Shown here piece after piece: positions 25,351 through 37,113 of a stretch of DNA of 64,000 nucleotides. Both the position numbers and the translations under genes were made by a program. Within the stretch, counting starts at the first letter, position 1. Every line of letters begins with the position of its first letter. The notes beneath the pieces were generated by a model. That model saw nothing but the letters and a program-made list of their open reading frames with translations, was not told where the DNA came from and made no database searches. Origin of the DNA: Dipteris shenzhenensis (Eukaryota); assembly GCA_047967505.1 (NCBI GenBank), contig CM106538.1; one strand, 5' to 3'.

Positions 25351-26777
25351 TAAGGTATATAGACTATATAAAATATGCATTCCAAAGTATTTAGTTTAGA
25401 TATATAGACTATATATTATATGCTTTCCAAAGTGTTTTATTTATATCCAATATTACGTACCATCCTTTGCAAACGCTTTACTTTAAGTAATTATAAGTCT
25501 ACCTAGTCAAAGTATCCTATTGATTAGGGACAAGCACATAGGCTAAAAGCACACTGATTCATATTTTCTTACATTCATGTTGCATGGTGTATCAGAAGTA
25601 TGTGATAAGAAATATTCAAAAGAAAGATGTATTCAATATCATGGATATCTGGTGGTTGCTAAAGTAGAAAAATGATATGGATTCAATGATAGTGTAGTTT
25701 TGTGCAAAGCCTTAAACAAAGTTTAAGGCTTTTGCAAAGTATTACATATTGTAACAAAGATAAGCAAGTATGCTAAACCTCTTCAAGATTCTATGGTTTT
25801 AAATACCTACCTTACAAATGCATTATCTAATTCTTCATTCTTCGACTAACAAGTATTATACACATGGAAGAAAAGCATACATGCTAAAAGCACATGCGTA
25901 AAATTCAATATCTCCTCATTTTTTAAATTAATTCAATTCTTTGATTGACTACTTTTTAAAATTTAAAGGTTATTACTATATAATATACATAATTTTAAAT
26001 GTTATTAATGTATAATATTAATAATATATATATATTTATTTAAATTTATACAATAATTACATTATATTTATAATAGTTTTTAAGTTAATAATGTATATTT
26101 TTATTAAAACTAAAATTTAATATCTAGTTAATAGCAGGAAGAATATTATAGAGATTTTTCATATTAAGAACTATCTTACAATTGAAGAATAAGTATTATA
26201 TAAAGCACATATTTTCATTGTTATATTTTTTTAATTAATGTATTTATATAATAATTATATAATATTTATATTAATTTATAGATTAACAATATATATTTTT
26301 AGCAAAATTATATTTTAATATTAGTTAATAAAAAATTATTATATTATGGAGTAAAAATATTACAAATGGATTTCTCATATTAATTAAGTGTTGTAAGAAG
26401 AGTTTTTGGAGAGATTTATGGTTAAATTTTGTTTTGAAGTTGTTGCGTACGCAATAGGTAGGGAGGTTTGAGTGGTTTTGAGGTTGAGAGAGAAATTTGT
26501 AATAGATTGTTTTGTAATTTATTTTTTTTGAAGAATTATTGGGTGGCCAATAGGTTGGGAGAGTTTGAGTTTAAGAGAAATTTGTGACAATAGGTTGTGA
26601 GAGTTTGAGGTAAAGAGGGAAATTTGTGGGAAAAAAGATTTAATGCAAAAAATGATTTTTTGAAGTTGTTGCGTACGCAACAGGTTTTTGAGAAAAGAAT
26701 CGGATTTGAAAAAAAAATTCAAATTTACAAAAACTTGATTCTTAGAAGTTCTTGCGTATGCAATACGTTGGAAATGA

Positions 26778-27058
26778 ACTCACCTCTTGTAACATTTTGA
26801 AAATTTTGAGAATCATGCAATAGGTTGATGAGAGGAGAGAAGCGTGGAGTGTGAAATAATGAACTTTGAATGAAAGAGAGAGTGAAGAACGTTCTACTTA
26901 TAGTGAACCTAAAAGAACTAAAAACTAAAAAAAGCTAGCTTGACCTAAAAAAGCTGACTTGCCTGAAAAGCTACTCATTTCCTATAAAACTCTACTTCTC
27001 CTCATTCTCTCTTACAACTCTTCTTGAGCTCCTCCACCACCTCCCCACCCAGGTATTC
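26778..27058. promoter_or_regulatory. Putative bidirectional promoter with two short non-coding first exons
   Basis: Back-to-back TATA-like boxes: CTATAAG on minus at 26903-26897 and TATAAAA on plus at 26983-26989. Each is followed by a CT-rich leader and a splice donor (minus AG|GTGAGT at 26784/26783; plus CAG|GTATTC at 27052/27053). Confidence 0.55.
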
Positions 27059-27642
27059 TCTCTCTCCCTCCCTTCCCCTCTCCTCTCGCTTTCCATCCCC
27101 TCTCCTCCCACTCCCCTACTTCCCCTCTCCTCCCGCTTCCCCCTCCCCTCTCCTCCCTTCCCCTCCCCTCCCTTCCCTCTCCTCCCGCTTCCCCCTCCCC
27201 TCTCCTCCCACTTCCCCCTCCCCTCTTCTCCTGCATCCTCTCCCTCCCTCCTCTTCCCCTTCGGTCCTTTTTTTTTGTCTTTTCTTTTTGGAGTGGGGAG
27301 GCTGGGAGCAGAGAGACGAAAGGGCTTTTTTTTTTTGGGAGTGGGGAGGTAGGGACCGGTTTTGGGGAGGAGAGGTAGAGGCGGGGAGGTGGAGGAGAGG
27401 ATGGAGGTGGGAGTTGGGAGGGGGAGGTGATGGCGCGAGGGGGGAGGCAAAGGCGGGGAGAGGAAGGCGAAGGCGGGGAGGCAGGAGGGGGGACGGGGGA
27501 GGCGAAGGCGGGGAGGCAGGAGGGGGGACGGGGGAGGCGAAGGTGGGGAGGCAGGAGGGAGGCGGGGAGGGAGGTGGGGAAGCGGGGAGGGAGGCGGGGG
27601 ATGGGGAGGGGGACGGGGGAGCGGGCGGCGGGAGGGAGGAGG

Positions 27643-27748
27643 GGGGATTAACCCCTCCCCCTAACCTGTTGCGTGCACAACAGGTTAGGGGGGAGGGTTA
27701 ATCCCCTCCCCTAAGGCCCCTTAGGGCCCCTGTTGCGTGCGCAACAGG
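27643..27748. repeat. 64-bp near-perfect hairpin plus a second palindrome with the AACCTGTTGC core
   Basis: ggggattaacccctccccctaacctgttgcgtgcacaacaggttaggggggagggttaatcccc (27643-27706); cctgttgcgtgcgcaacagg (27729-27748). Confidence 0.9.
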
Positions 27749-28492
27749 AGGCTTGCAAGGGCCTTATTAAAAAAATTGAAAAAAAATTAAATTTTAAATA
27801 ATTTAAATAGATTAAAAAAATAAATTTAAAAAATTAGAAAAATAAATTATATTATATCAAATTTAAATAAAAAATTAAAATTAATTAAATAAAAAAAGTA
27901 AAAAAATAAAATTTAAATAAATAATTAAATTTAAATAATTTAAATAAATAAAATATTTTTAAAAAATAAAATAAATTAATTTAAAAATAAAATAAAATAT
28001 ATTAAATTTGAATAAAAAATTAAAATTTGAATAAATAAATAAAAATTAAAATTTTTTAAAGAAAAATTAAATTAAATTTAAAATATATAGATATATAAAT
28101 AAATAAATTTAAATAAATAAAATAAAATTAAAAAAAATCAAATAAAATTTTAGAAAATTTAAATTAAAAATTTTTATCTATGTTTATAAAATATTTTGAA
28201 TTAAATTATTTATGTAAAAAAATATTAGATACTATGTTTATAAAATATTTTGAATTAAATTATTTATGTAAAAAAATAGTATCTAGAAATATAAATATAT
28301 ATATTTTAAAATATATTTGAACGTTTAAAATTTCAATGAAATATATTTAAAAAAAAATATTTAAACTTTTGAAATTTCAATTAATTTTTGATTTTTGATA
28401 TTTAAATATTTAATTAGCAATTTTTTTATTATTTTGAGTTTGAAAATCATTGTAATTCTCATTTTTTGTTTTTGATTGCTTTGCAGAAAACT

Positions 28493-31400
28493 ATGGCTTC
28501 GAGTTTTGGTTCCAAGGTGTCTTTCAAATATCTTGAACATGCTTGGTATTTTATGGAGCACAAATCAAAGTATTTTTTAGTGATCACTGCCGAGAATGTG
28601 TCAAGCGTGAAATATTCTCCAGAGGCTACTAGTAAGAAATGGTGGCATGGTCTCAACCATCAACATTAAAGAAAAAATTTGATAGAACTTGTGTGCAAAG
28701 GGAAGAATGACGATGTGGTCTATAAGTTACGAGTTATGCCCAAGCACTTCTTGAAGCCCTTACCAGATTCAATTGAGGGATCCCAAGAATTACTTAGTGC
28801 CTTGGAAGCATTGAAGAAAATGTGGGATGTATTTCCAAGTGGTGGTGTTTTACCTTCAGTAGTAGTAGTAGTAAGTACACCATCTATAACATGTAGCCAT
28901 CAAGTTGTACCGCCAATATTTGTGGTGATACCTACGGTATCTCCAACAAGAGTAACTACAAAATCTACGGCAGTAACTACAATATCTCCAACTATACCTA
29001 CACCATCGACTGCTGCAACTACAGGAATAAGAAGGAGTGATCGTGGAGCAGATTCAAGTTCCACAGCTATTCCCAAAAAGGGAGCCAAAATAACTCCTAC
29101 TCCATGTGCAGATCGTTCAAGTGTAGGTTATTTAAAACCAGGTGAAAAATTGGATAGTGATGATCAGGAGGGTCCGCAAGAAGAAGATACAAGTCTTGCA
29201 GACTTTTCTATAAGTGTGGCAGACTTACATCCTCCAGAGGATGAGGGGTACATTTGGGGATTTTCACAATTGAGCGTGGCCACAATGCTTATTAATCGAG
29301 CTTCATTGTTCACAAATCAAAGAAAGCTAGATAAGACATTTGCATGCAAATTGTATGAAGATATGAGGAAAACAAGAACTCCAGTTGCCACTAATATCAC
29401 TCTTCATCCTATGGCATTTAAGAGACTTTAAGAAGATGATCCTACATTGCCTGATGTCACATTTCAAAAGCGCATGGACTTTCTTGATGCTTTTGAGAAC
29501 TTTAGAAGAAGTGACTTTGTTCGTGAAGAGGCTTTGTACCAAAGCCGATATGGGACTGATATTGAGAAGAGATACATGTTGGCAAAGAATAGATTCTTGG
29601 AAAGATGCAGGTTTGAGCCCATTGATGGGCAACACTTTTGTGAAGCTTGCAAGATCGCCCTTGATGAGGGAAGAAAAGGAAACTTGCCATAGGTTGAGTG
29701 GATGGAAAGGTTTCAATGGGTCATTTGTCATGTATACATATTTAACGATCACTCGAAGTACATTCTAGAATCAGAAAGGTTGAATTCTGTTCCATTTAGG
29801 TTGAAAAAAAGCTCTTCTCTTTCTGAGATCCTGATAAAGGCAAGGGAGTTATGGGTGGGCTGTGGAAAGCCACAAACAGTGATGGGCAAGAGACCTACAT
29901 CTGAGTATATGGCAAAGAGGACTCGGTTCTATAGATGCTTGAAAGGTGTTGTAAGCAATATGCAAGGCGTACCAAGTAATAAGGTTGAGGCAAAGGATTT
30001 GAACACCGCCGTTGCAAGATACATGGATGTTACTTGCATTGTCTTCCGCGAGGACTCAGTGTTTCAGAGCATGATGGATGTTTGCTAAGCATATGAAATA
30101 GGAAAGATACCCTTTGAGGCACCAGAGCACACTGCAACTCAGATGAAAGAAATGATGAAACCGATGTCTATTGTTTGGTGGAGAGCATTAAGGTTTGTCC
30201 CAGATGTAATAATAGAAATATTATGCAAGAAGATCCTAAGCAGTGACTGCTTCTTTGGAAAGAAGAGCAAGCATAGCAACTTGGATGAAGTGGTCACTCG
30301 AATGATTCAAAGTGAGGCTGCTCTCTCGGCACTATTTCTTTTATTGAAATCTGATGATGAGTTAGCTGGCAAGTCAATTGACGTGGATAAGAAGAAAGCA
30401 CTTAGCCTAGGTCAACTCCTTGATAAGACATGGGCTAGAAAGTGGTTGGCTTCAATGGATGCAAATGCCACACCAAAAAAGGATCTAAGAGCTAAAATGC
30501 CAAAGGTTGTTGAGACAGAATATATGGACATCAAGAAAAAGGCCTTGCAATCCACTACCCAAGGTAGAGCAATTGGTTGTTTACATGATGGTTCTCCATT
30601 CAACTTCTCCTATGATATCTTGCTATCAGAGAATGATACAAAATTTGACACATCAATGGCATTGATACAGAGCATTTCATAACAATGAGTGGTCATGCTT
30701 GGGAGAAGCCATGTGTATTTTTCATAGATGAATTGCAAGACCTTGCAGTGTCACAGATAGTTGAACTTGTGCGGTTTATCATAGAAGGTCCTATGGCAGA
30801 TAAGAAAAGATCAACGTTGGTCCTGTTCATGACAGAATCACAAAGGGATGCTTTGACATCTGCACTTGGGTATTTACTTTCAAAAGTATACCATTGTATA
30901 GTCCTATGCAATCATATGATTGTCTTGGAAGGCACTGCCATTCAAGTCTTGTAGCCTTTCTTGATGTGCTTCTTATCCAGGGGTGGTGGCAATCTAATCA
31001 AAATTCCTTTAAGGACTCTCAAGCTTCATTACTTTGAGGACAATAAGGTTAAGCTTGATGCAACAATGGTGGATTATAGAAAGCCTATGCATCCTGATGT
31101 GATACTAGAGATGACAAAGAATTTACTGAATCATGGGTGGGAAGTAGCATTGTATCGAATGGGTTTTGCTGCTGAGAAATTGCTATGCCAAGGTAGAAAT
31201 GTAAATGTCATTGATACCCCCAATCCAATTGAGTTTTTTGACACATATTACAGTTGCACTACCTTCTTTGAAGAGGAAAATGTCAAAGAAGAGGGTAGTG
31301 AGGAAAATGTTGAAGACGAGGGTAGTGAGTCTGAGGGTGATGATTCTAGCTCAGGTGATGATGAGGATGAAAGCTCTGAATCCAATGACTTATGCCAAGA

Positions 31401-34400
31401 AGAAATCCACACAAAGAATAAGGGTGATAAATTGTCAACTAGAGTCAAGGAGGTTCCACTCATCATACAAGAAGGCCTGCGACAGTAAGAAGTAGTAGTA
31501 CAGCACGTCATAGGAAAAGGTAAGTCTAAAGAGGTGGAAGCACTTCCCTTGAAATTAAAAGTGAGGAAGGCTATTGAGATATGGTGCCATGAGCACATAG
31601 ATTAAAGGGCAAAGGTATGTGATAAGGAATGTATTAAAGTAGCCACCCTAAGATGTGGACTACATGATGTGGAGATGTGGATTGAGGATATCCACAAGGA
31701 GAGATGTGGATGAGAGGATCACACATGTGTTGACTATTCAAAGGGCACTCTCTATATAAGAAGTCTATCATGTATTGTTGAGAACACACATTGCAAGAGA
31801 TATAGATTTTCTATCTCCCTCTCATGTCTTATTCAATGTGCTTTGAGCCTCCTTAGTTCTTCTGCTAATCTTGTGTGCACTAGGCTAGTACGATCTGCAC
31901 TTTGTCATGGTATCGGAGCTTAGGTCTAGTCTCCTAGATTAGTTGTAAGCTTGCCTTAGGAGAACATGTTTTCTCCTAGGTTAGTTTTAGTTTTAGATTG
32001 AGAGAATTCCATCCATTGAATGAAAATTCTATTCATTGCTTTGAGATATTTTTGTCATGCCTGATGAGAGAGAGAGAGAGAGAGAGTTCCTTTTAGAGAT
32101 CTATTTTGTGAGATAAATCTGTGAGGAGATTGTTGAGCCTCAGATGGTGTCCTAGCAAATAGACAGTCATGAAGGCAGCATGGTAGACAGAACGAACTGT
32201 GGGCTATGAAGAAGGGCAATTCGAGAAGCAGCACGAGTAGAAGCAATAGAAGAAGCCTCAAAGAACAATGGACAAGAAGATTTGAAGGACTGAAGTAGAA
32301 AGCTCTAAATGATAGCAGCGACCATCAACCTTCATCCGTGACCATTGTTTTCCTTTTTTGCAGCCCGCTAATGTAGAAGTCATTGATTTCCAAGACTATC
32401 CAAGTTTTGCAGTCCACAGCGCAACCCCTCAAGTGGATGGCTCATGAGCATCTACGCCACCAAATGCCCACATAGGTCTGTAGCTGATCGAGATCAAATG
32501 AGTGCTCTATTAGCAGCGATGCCAACATAAAAGACCGTCAGAGCTTTGAAAAGATGGCTGGATCTCAAGGCTTCCCAGACAACTCAGCTACATCGACCAG
32601 TGACACTCCAACGACCCTACCCAGCCAGCCCTGCTCCAATGTCGATCCTGATCTCTGCCTATACTACATAAGTGGCCGACTCCAACTCTTTATGCCATCT
32701 CCTCTACGAGTTGATGAAATGCAACGGATTGCTCCCTTCGTCACATGAGCTGCTAATGCTATCAACAGCCTTCCCTAGAGATACGGCTCATTTGTGACTC
32801 TAGCGTATGGACGCGAGGTCTACAGCACTAACAGATGAGCACTAACAGATGGTGCATCCTCAACTGACGCTCCGCTTGTAACCATGCGCACCCATTGAAG
32901 GCATCTGCTCTAGCGCCTCAGCATCTCCATAGATGGTTCTTGGTACCCACAGCCACGCTCCCTTGACACCACAATCAATGAGCCCTACACTGTAGTAGCC
33001 GCCTTTGTGAAGACCATGTTCATTTCGAGCTTCACCATCTCTGAGCTTAGCGCCTCAAGGATCCGCCTCGCAATATCTATAATTCGTCTATCTAAGAGTG
33101 AAGATCAAAAGAGTAATTGCACCATATCTACGCCCATTATGATAGCTTTGGTCGACTTGACACCGAGTAAATGATTTATTCAGTGCTATCTCTAAACGGC
33201 CTGCTCTGCCTCTTCTGGAATACATCATAGGAGTAGAATACGACGATCTCTTCCACTGTCAATCTGCAAAAGAAACCGCGTCACCATATGCAAGCTTCAA
33301 AGCTTCAGAGTTTCTCAAAGTTGTCCTAAGGTTCACCAAAAAATGACACATGGTAGATAGCTTTTGACCTGGGTTAGTTCAAAGTAACCCTGGGTTAGTT
33401 TGGTGTGGTCAGTAAGTAGATAGGGTTGGTCAAGCCAAACTGATCAAGTCAACCCACTATACCATGGTTTATGTTATGGGGTTAGTTAAAAGTGCCACAT
33501 CACCACAGTGCCACCCAAGCACAATCCCTTACTAAGCACAATTTGTAAGCAGCATATGAATGCTTGTGCCACATCATCAAGGCCCCCTCTTCTTCATAGA
33601 AACTTCGACAAGCCATAACTGCAATTAGATACTACCAATATTGAAAGAAATCAATTGGTAAGACCTTTGCAACAAATGACAAATCAAACATGAATGCACA
33701 CATCGGTGTCATAAGCATGCCAAAAGCGCAAGTGTATGAGATGACCATAGCCCGAAACATGGCATCCACACATAAAGTATTAAGGCACATGGAAGAACAA
33801 AGCATCATGAAGCGATGAAGATGACATCGACATCATGTATTGAGAAGCAACATCCTTTCCATCTTCAGTCCATATGTTTGTAAAACAAACCTGACCACCT
33901 GAGAGTAGCTATGAAAGCACCCAGGGGAGGATTTGATCTTGTAAAAACCACACTTGACCACCTTATGTAGCAAGGTATGCACTAAGGGGAGGTGATGGAT
34001 TTGTAACTCTCATCTGATGACCTTGCAGTAGCCAAAGGATCATGGCACCAAGGGGAGGTGTTGAGATATGGTGCCATGAGCACATAGATTAAAGGGAAAA
34101 GGTATGTGATAAGGAATGTATTAAAGTAGCCACCCTAAGATGTGGACTACATGATGTGGAGATGTGGATTGAGGATATCCACAAGGAGAGATGTGGATGA
34201 GAGGATCACACATGTGTTGACTATTCAAAGGGCACTCTCTATATAAGAGGCCTATCATGTATTGTTGAGAACACACATTGCAAGAGATATAGATTTGCTC
34301 TCTCCCTCTCATATCTTATTCAGTGTGCTTTGAGCCTCCTTAGTTCTTCCGCTAATCTTGTGTGCACTAGGCTAGTATGATCTGCACTTTGTCAAAGGCA

Positions 34401-34742
34401 CCCTTGATCTTGGGTGAAGGACATGCAAGTGGATCAAATAAGGAAGCCTTACCCAAAGAAGGTATGGACGAGGCAAAGCATGACCAGGAGGAGTTACTAG
34501 GAGGCATAGATGGTTCTTCAACCATGACCTTACAGATTCCAGAGCAGCCTACTAGTCAGGTGCTTGGAACTGAAGAGCAAAATACTGAGGACCTTGCTAC
34601 TATGACTCCAGTCTTAGAGCAGCCTATTAGTCAGGACCTTGGTAGTCAAGGGCACCTTGAGGACATTGGTACTGTCTTAGAGTAGTCTATTAGTCAAGAC
34701 CCTGGTAGTCAAGGGCCTGGCATTGAGGAACATGATGGCTGA
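28493..34742 (+). pseudogene. Transposon accessory gene (~1,130 codons) with ParB/DGQHR-like motifs, a possible degenerate N4/N6-MTase-like region and an acidic tail; interrupted by an LTR element at 31572-34394
   Basis: ORFs at 28466, 28679, 29447, 29702 and 30143 share one frame; 30685 and 30961 share the next. After removing the LTR element the frame continues (VRKA|PLILGEG). Motifs NQRKLD and FEPIDGQHFCEA (29621-29635). Acceptor tttgcag ends at 28486. Confidence 0.75.
31572..34394 (+). mobile_element. Non-autonomous LTR retrotransposon (336-bp LTRs at 31572-31907 and 34059-34394), TSD AAGGC
   Basis: Near-identical LTRs (T(A/G)TTGAGA...TTTGTCA), PBS TGGTATCGGAGC at 31908-31919, PPT AAGGGGAGG at 34050-34058, AAGGC at 31567-31571 and 34395-34399. 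No gag/pol ORF. Confidence 0.95.
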
Positions 34743-35825
34743 TGGCTTTGTTATCACAAGTTTTGAACTTCTCAAGTTTTAGACTTCTATGTAAAGCGAA
34801 TATCTAATAAAAAGTTAACTACTCTTTTAATTTCTTTACTCTCACTATTGTGTATAAAGATTGTTTATGAGGTCCATTTTATACTTAATGGTGCATTTTA
34901 AACTTTATGTCAATGTATTTTTATAGTTAAGGGTGTTTTTTAATACCAAGTGAGGTGTATATGTACACCACTTACACATAAAAGGATTTAATATGTACAC
35001 AACCTTTCTAAGGGGTTTTTGTCTACTATCTTTCTAAGGGGTTTATGTACACCACCTTTCTAAAAGAAATGGTCATAAAGGTGTGCACACCACTTATACA
35101 TAAAGGTGTTTATTTACACCACCTTTTTAAGAGAATTGGTCATCTATTGATGTTCTTAGGTGATAGTAGCTCAACTCATAAGAAGTTATGAAGATGTTAA
35201 TGTAGACCACCTTTGTAAGAGATTTGGTTATGCATTGATGTTCTTAGTATGTAATCACCAAATCTTTTGTTTTGAGTTGTCAAATCTAGTTCAAAAAACA
35301 ATATTACTAGTATATTCAAAAAATTTGGACTATTTTTTAGTCCATTTCTCAAATTGGACTTTACACAAGTCCAAAAATTTTGAATAGTGTGTTTCTCATC
35401 ACATCTCCACAAACCCTTGGCAATGGTGAAAAGATACTAATGGGGTGAAAGGATACGAGAAGGATGCAAAGACTTAATTTTGATTTCATGGCTAGATAGA
35501 AAAAAAAATAACATACTTTTTCTTTATTCAAAATCTTATTTTTGATTGCATGGCTAGATAGAGCAGAAAAATTCCATTAAAAAAAAAAAAAAAACAAGTC
35601 ATCAATTCGAGCTACGATTTGAGAGTTATGACCATTTTTTTACCATCATTACACCTCCATGGAGCCTTTCATTGGAGAAAGGGTCTTATAAGGATGAAAA
35701 ATATTATCTTGACTACTGATTAGATGGAGCACAAAAATTACATGACTTTTTCTTTGTATAGCTCAGTAATCTGAACTAAGGTTTGAGAGTTATGACCCAT
35801 TTTTTACATTCATCACATCTTTATG

Positions 35826-37061
35826 GACCCTTTCTCTCTTTTCCTCTCTTTCTAACTCTCTCTCTTTCCTCTTCCTTGCTCCCTCTTTTCCCTCTTTCCC
35901 TCCTCTGTTTTCCTCTCTTTTGTCTCCTCTCTTTCCTCTTCCTCGCTCTCTCTTTTCCCTATTTCCCTCCTCTCATTTCCTCTCTTTCCCTCCTCTTATT
36001 TCTCTTTCTCTCATACTCTTCTCTCTTTTCCTCCATTTCTCTCATATTCTGCTTTCTCTTCTCTCTTTTCCTCTCTATCTCACTCTCTCTCTTTCCTCTT
36101 CCTTGCTCTCTCTTTTCCCTCTTTCCCTCCTCTCTTGTCATGTCTTTCCCTTCTCTCTTATGTCACTGCTCTTATTTCTCTGTTTCTCTCCTACTCTTCT
36201 TTCTCTTCTCTCTTTTCCTCTCTTTCTCACTCTCTCTTTTCCATTCCTTGCTCTCTCTTTTTCCTCTTTCCCTCCTCTCTTTTCGTCTCTTTTCTGTCCT
36301 CTCTTATTTTTTCTTTTAAACTCTCTTTCTCTCCTCTCTTTCCCTCCTCTATTATTTCTCTCTTTATCTCCTACTCTTCTTTCTCTTCTCTCTTTTCCTC
36401 TCTTTCCTCTCCCTTGCTCTCTCCTTTCCCCCCTCTCTTTTCATGTCTTTTCTCTCCTCTCTTATTTCATCTTTTAAACTCTCTTTCTCTCCTCTCTTTT
36501 CCTCTGTTTCCCTCCTTAGTTATTTCCCTCCTCTTATTTGTCTCTTTCTCTCCTACTCTTCTTTCTCTTCTCTCTTTTCCTCTCTTTCTCACTTTCTCTT
36601 TCCTCTTCCTCGCTCTCTCTTTTCCCTCTTTCCCTCCTCTCTTTTTCTCTCTTTCTTTGCTCTCTTTTTCTCTCTTTCTCTCATCTCTTATCTCCCTCCT
36701 CTTATTTCTCTCTTTATTTCCTACTCTTCTTTCTCTTACTCTTTTCCTCTCTTTCTTTCTTCTCTTATTTCCCTGCTCTTCTTTCTCTCTTTCTCCTCTA
36801 CTCTTCTTTCTTTCCTCTCTTTTCATGTCTTTGTCGCTCTCTCTCTCCTCTTCCTCGCTCTTTAATTTTCCTCTTTCCCTCCTCTCTTTTTCTCTCCTCT
36901 CTTATTTTGTTTCTCTCCTCTCTTCTCCTTTCTTTCATGCTTTCTTTTCCTCTCTTCCTCTCTTTTTTCTCTCTTTGTCTCCTCTCTTTTCCTCTCTTTC
37001 TTTCTTTTATTTCCCTTCTCTTCTTTCTCTCTTTCTCTCCTACTCTTTTTTGTCTCCTCTC

Positions 37062-37113
<52 letters not shown>

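Larger units (their letters stand above)
19001..35392. mobile_element. Complete 16.4-kb two-gene DNA transposon (~13.6 kb without the nested LTR element), 26-bp TIRs, 6-bp TSD TTCTCA
   Basis: Left TIR 19001-19026 ACACACTATTCAAAATTTTGGGACTT. Right TIR 35367-35392 is its reverse complement with 1 mismatch. TTCTCA at 18995-19000 and 35393-35398. Joining the flanks restores the repeat motif gctacggtttgagagttatga..catttt..tcatcacatc also seen at ~35611 and ~35775. Confidence 0.88.

Noticed and set aside
26992-27701. Gly/Arg/Glu- and Pro/Ser-rich ORFs
   Set aside because: Low-complexity GC-skewed sequence, most likely intronic.
30700-30745. VFFIDELQD as a Walker B motif of a helicase or ATPase
   Set aside because: No Walker A (GxxxxGK[ST]) motif is visible upstream in the reconstructed protein.
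19004-35389. Reading the element as a CACTA transposon (CACTA at 19004, TAGTG at 35385-35389)
   Set aside because: The flanking trinucleotides ACA and TGT are inverted, not a direct 3-bp TSD. The inverted repeat extends 3 bp further to a 6-bp direct repeat. The related end at 10968-10993 lacks CACTA, and the catalytic motifs are not TnpD-like.
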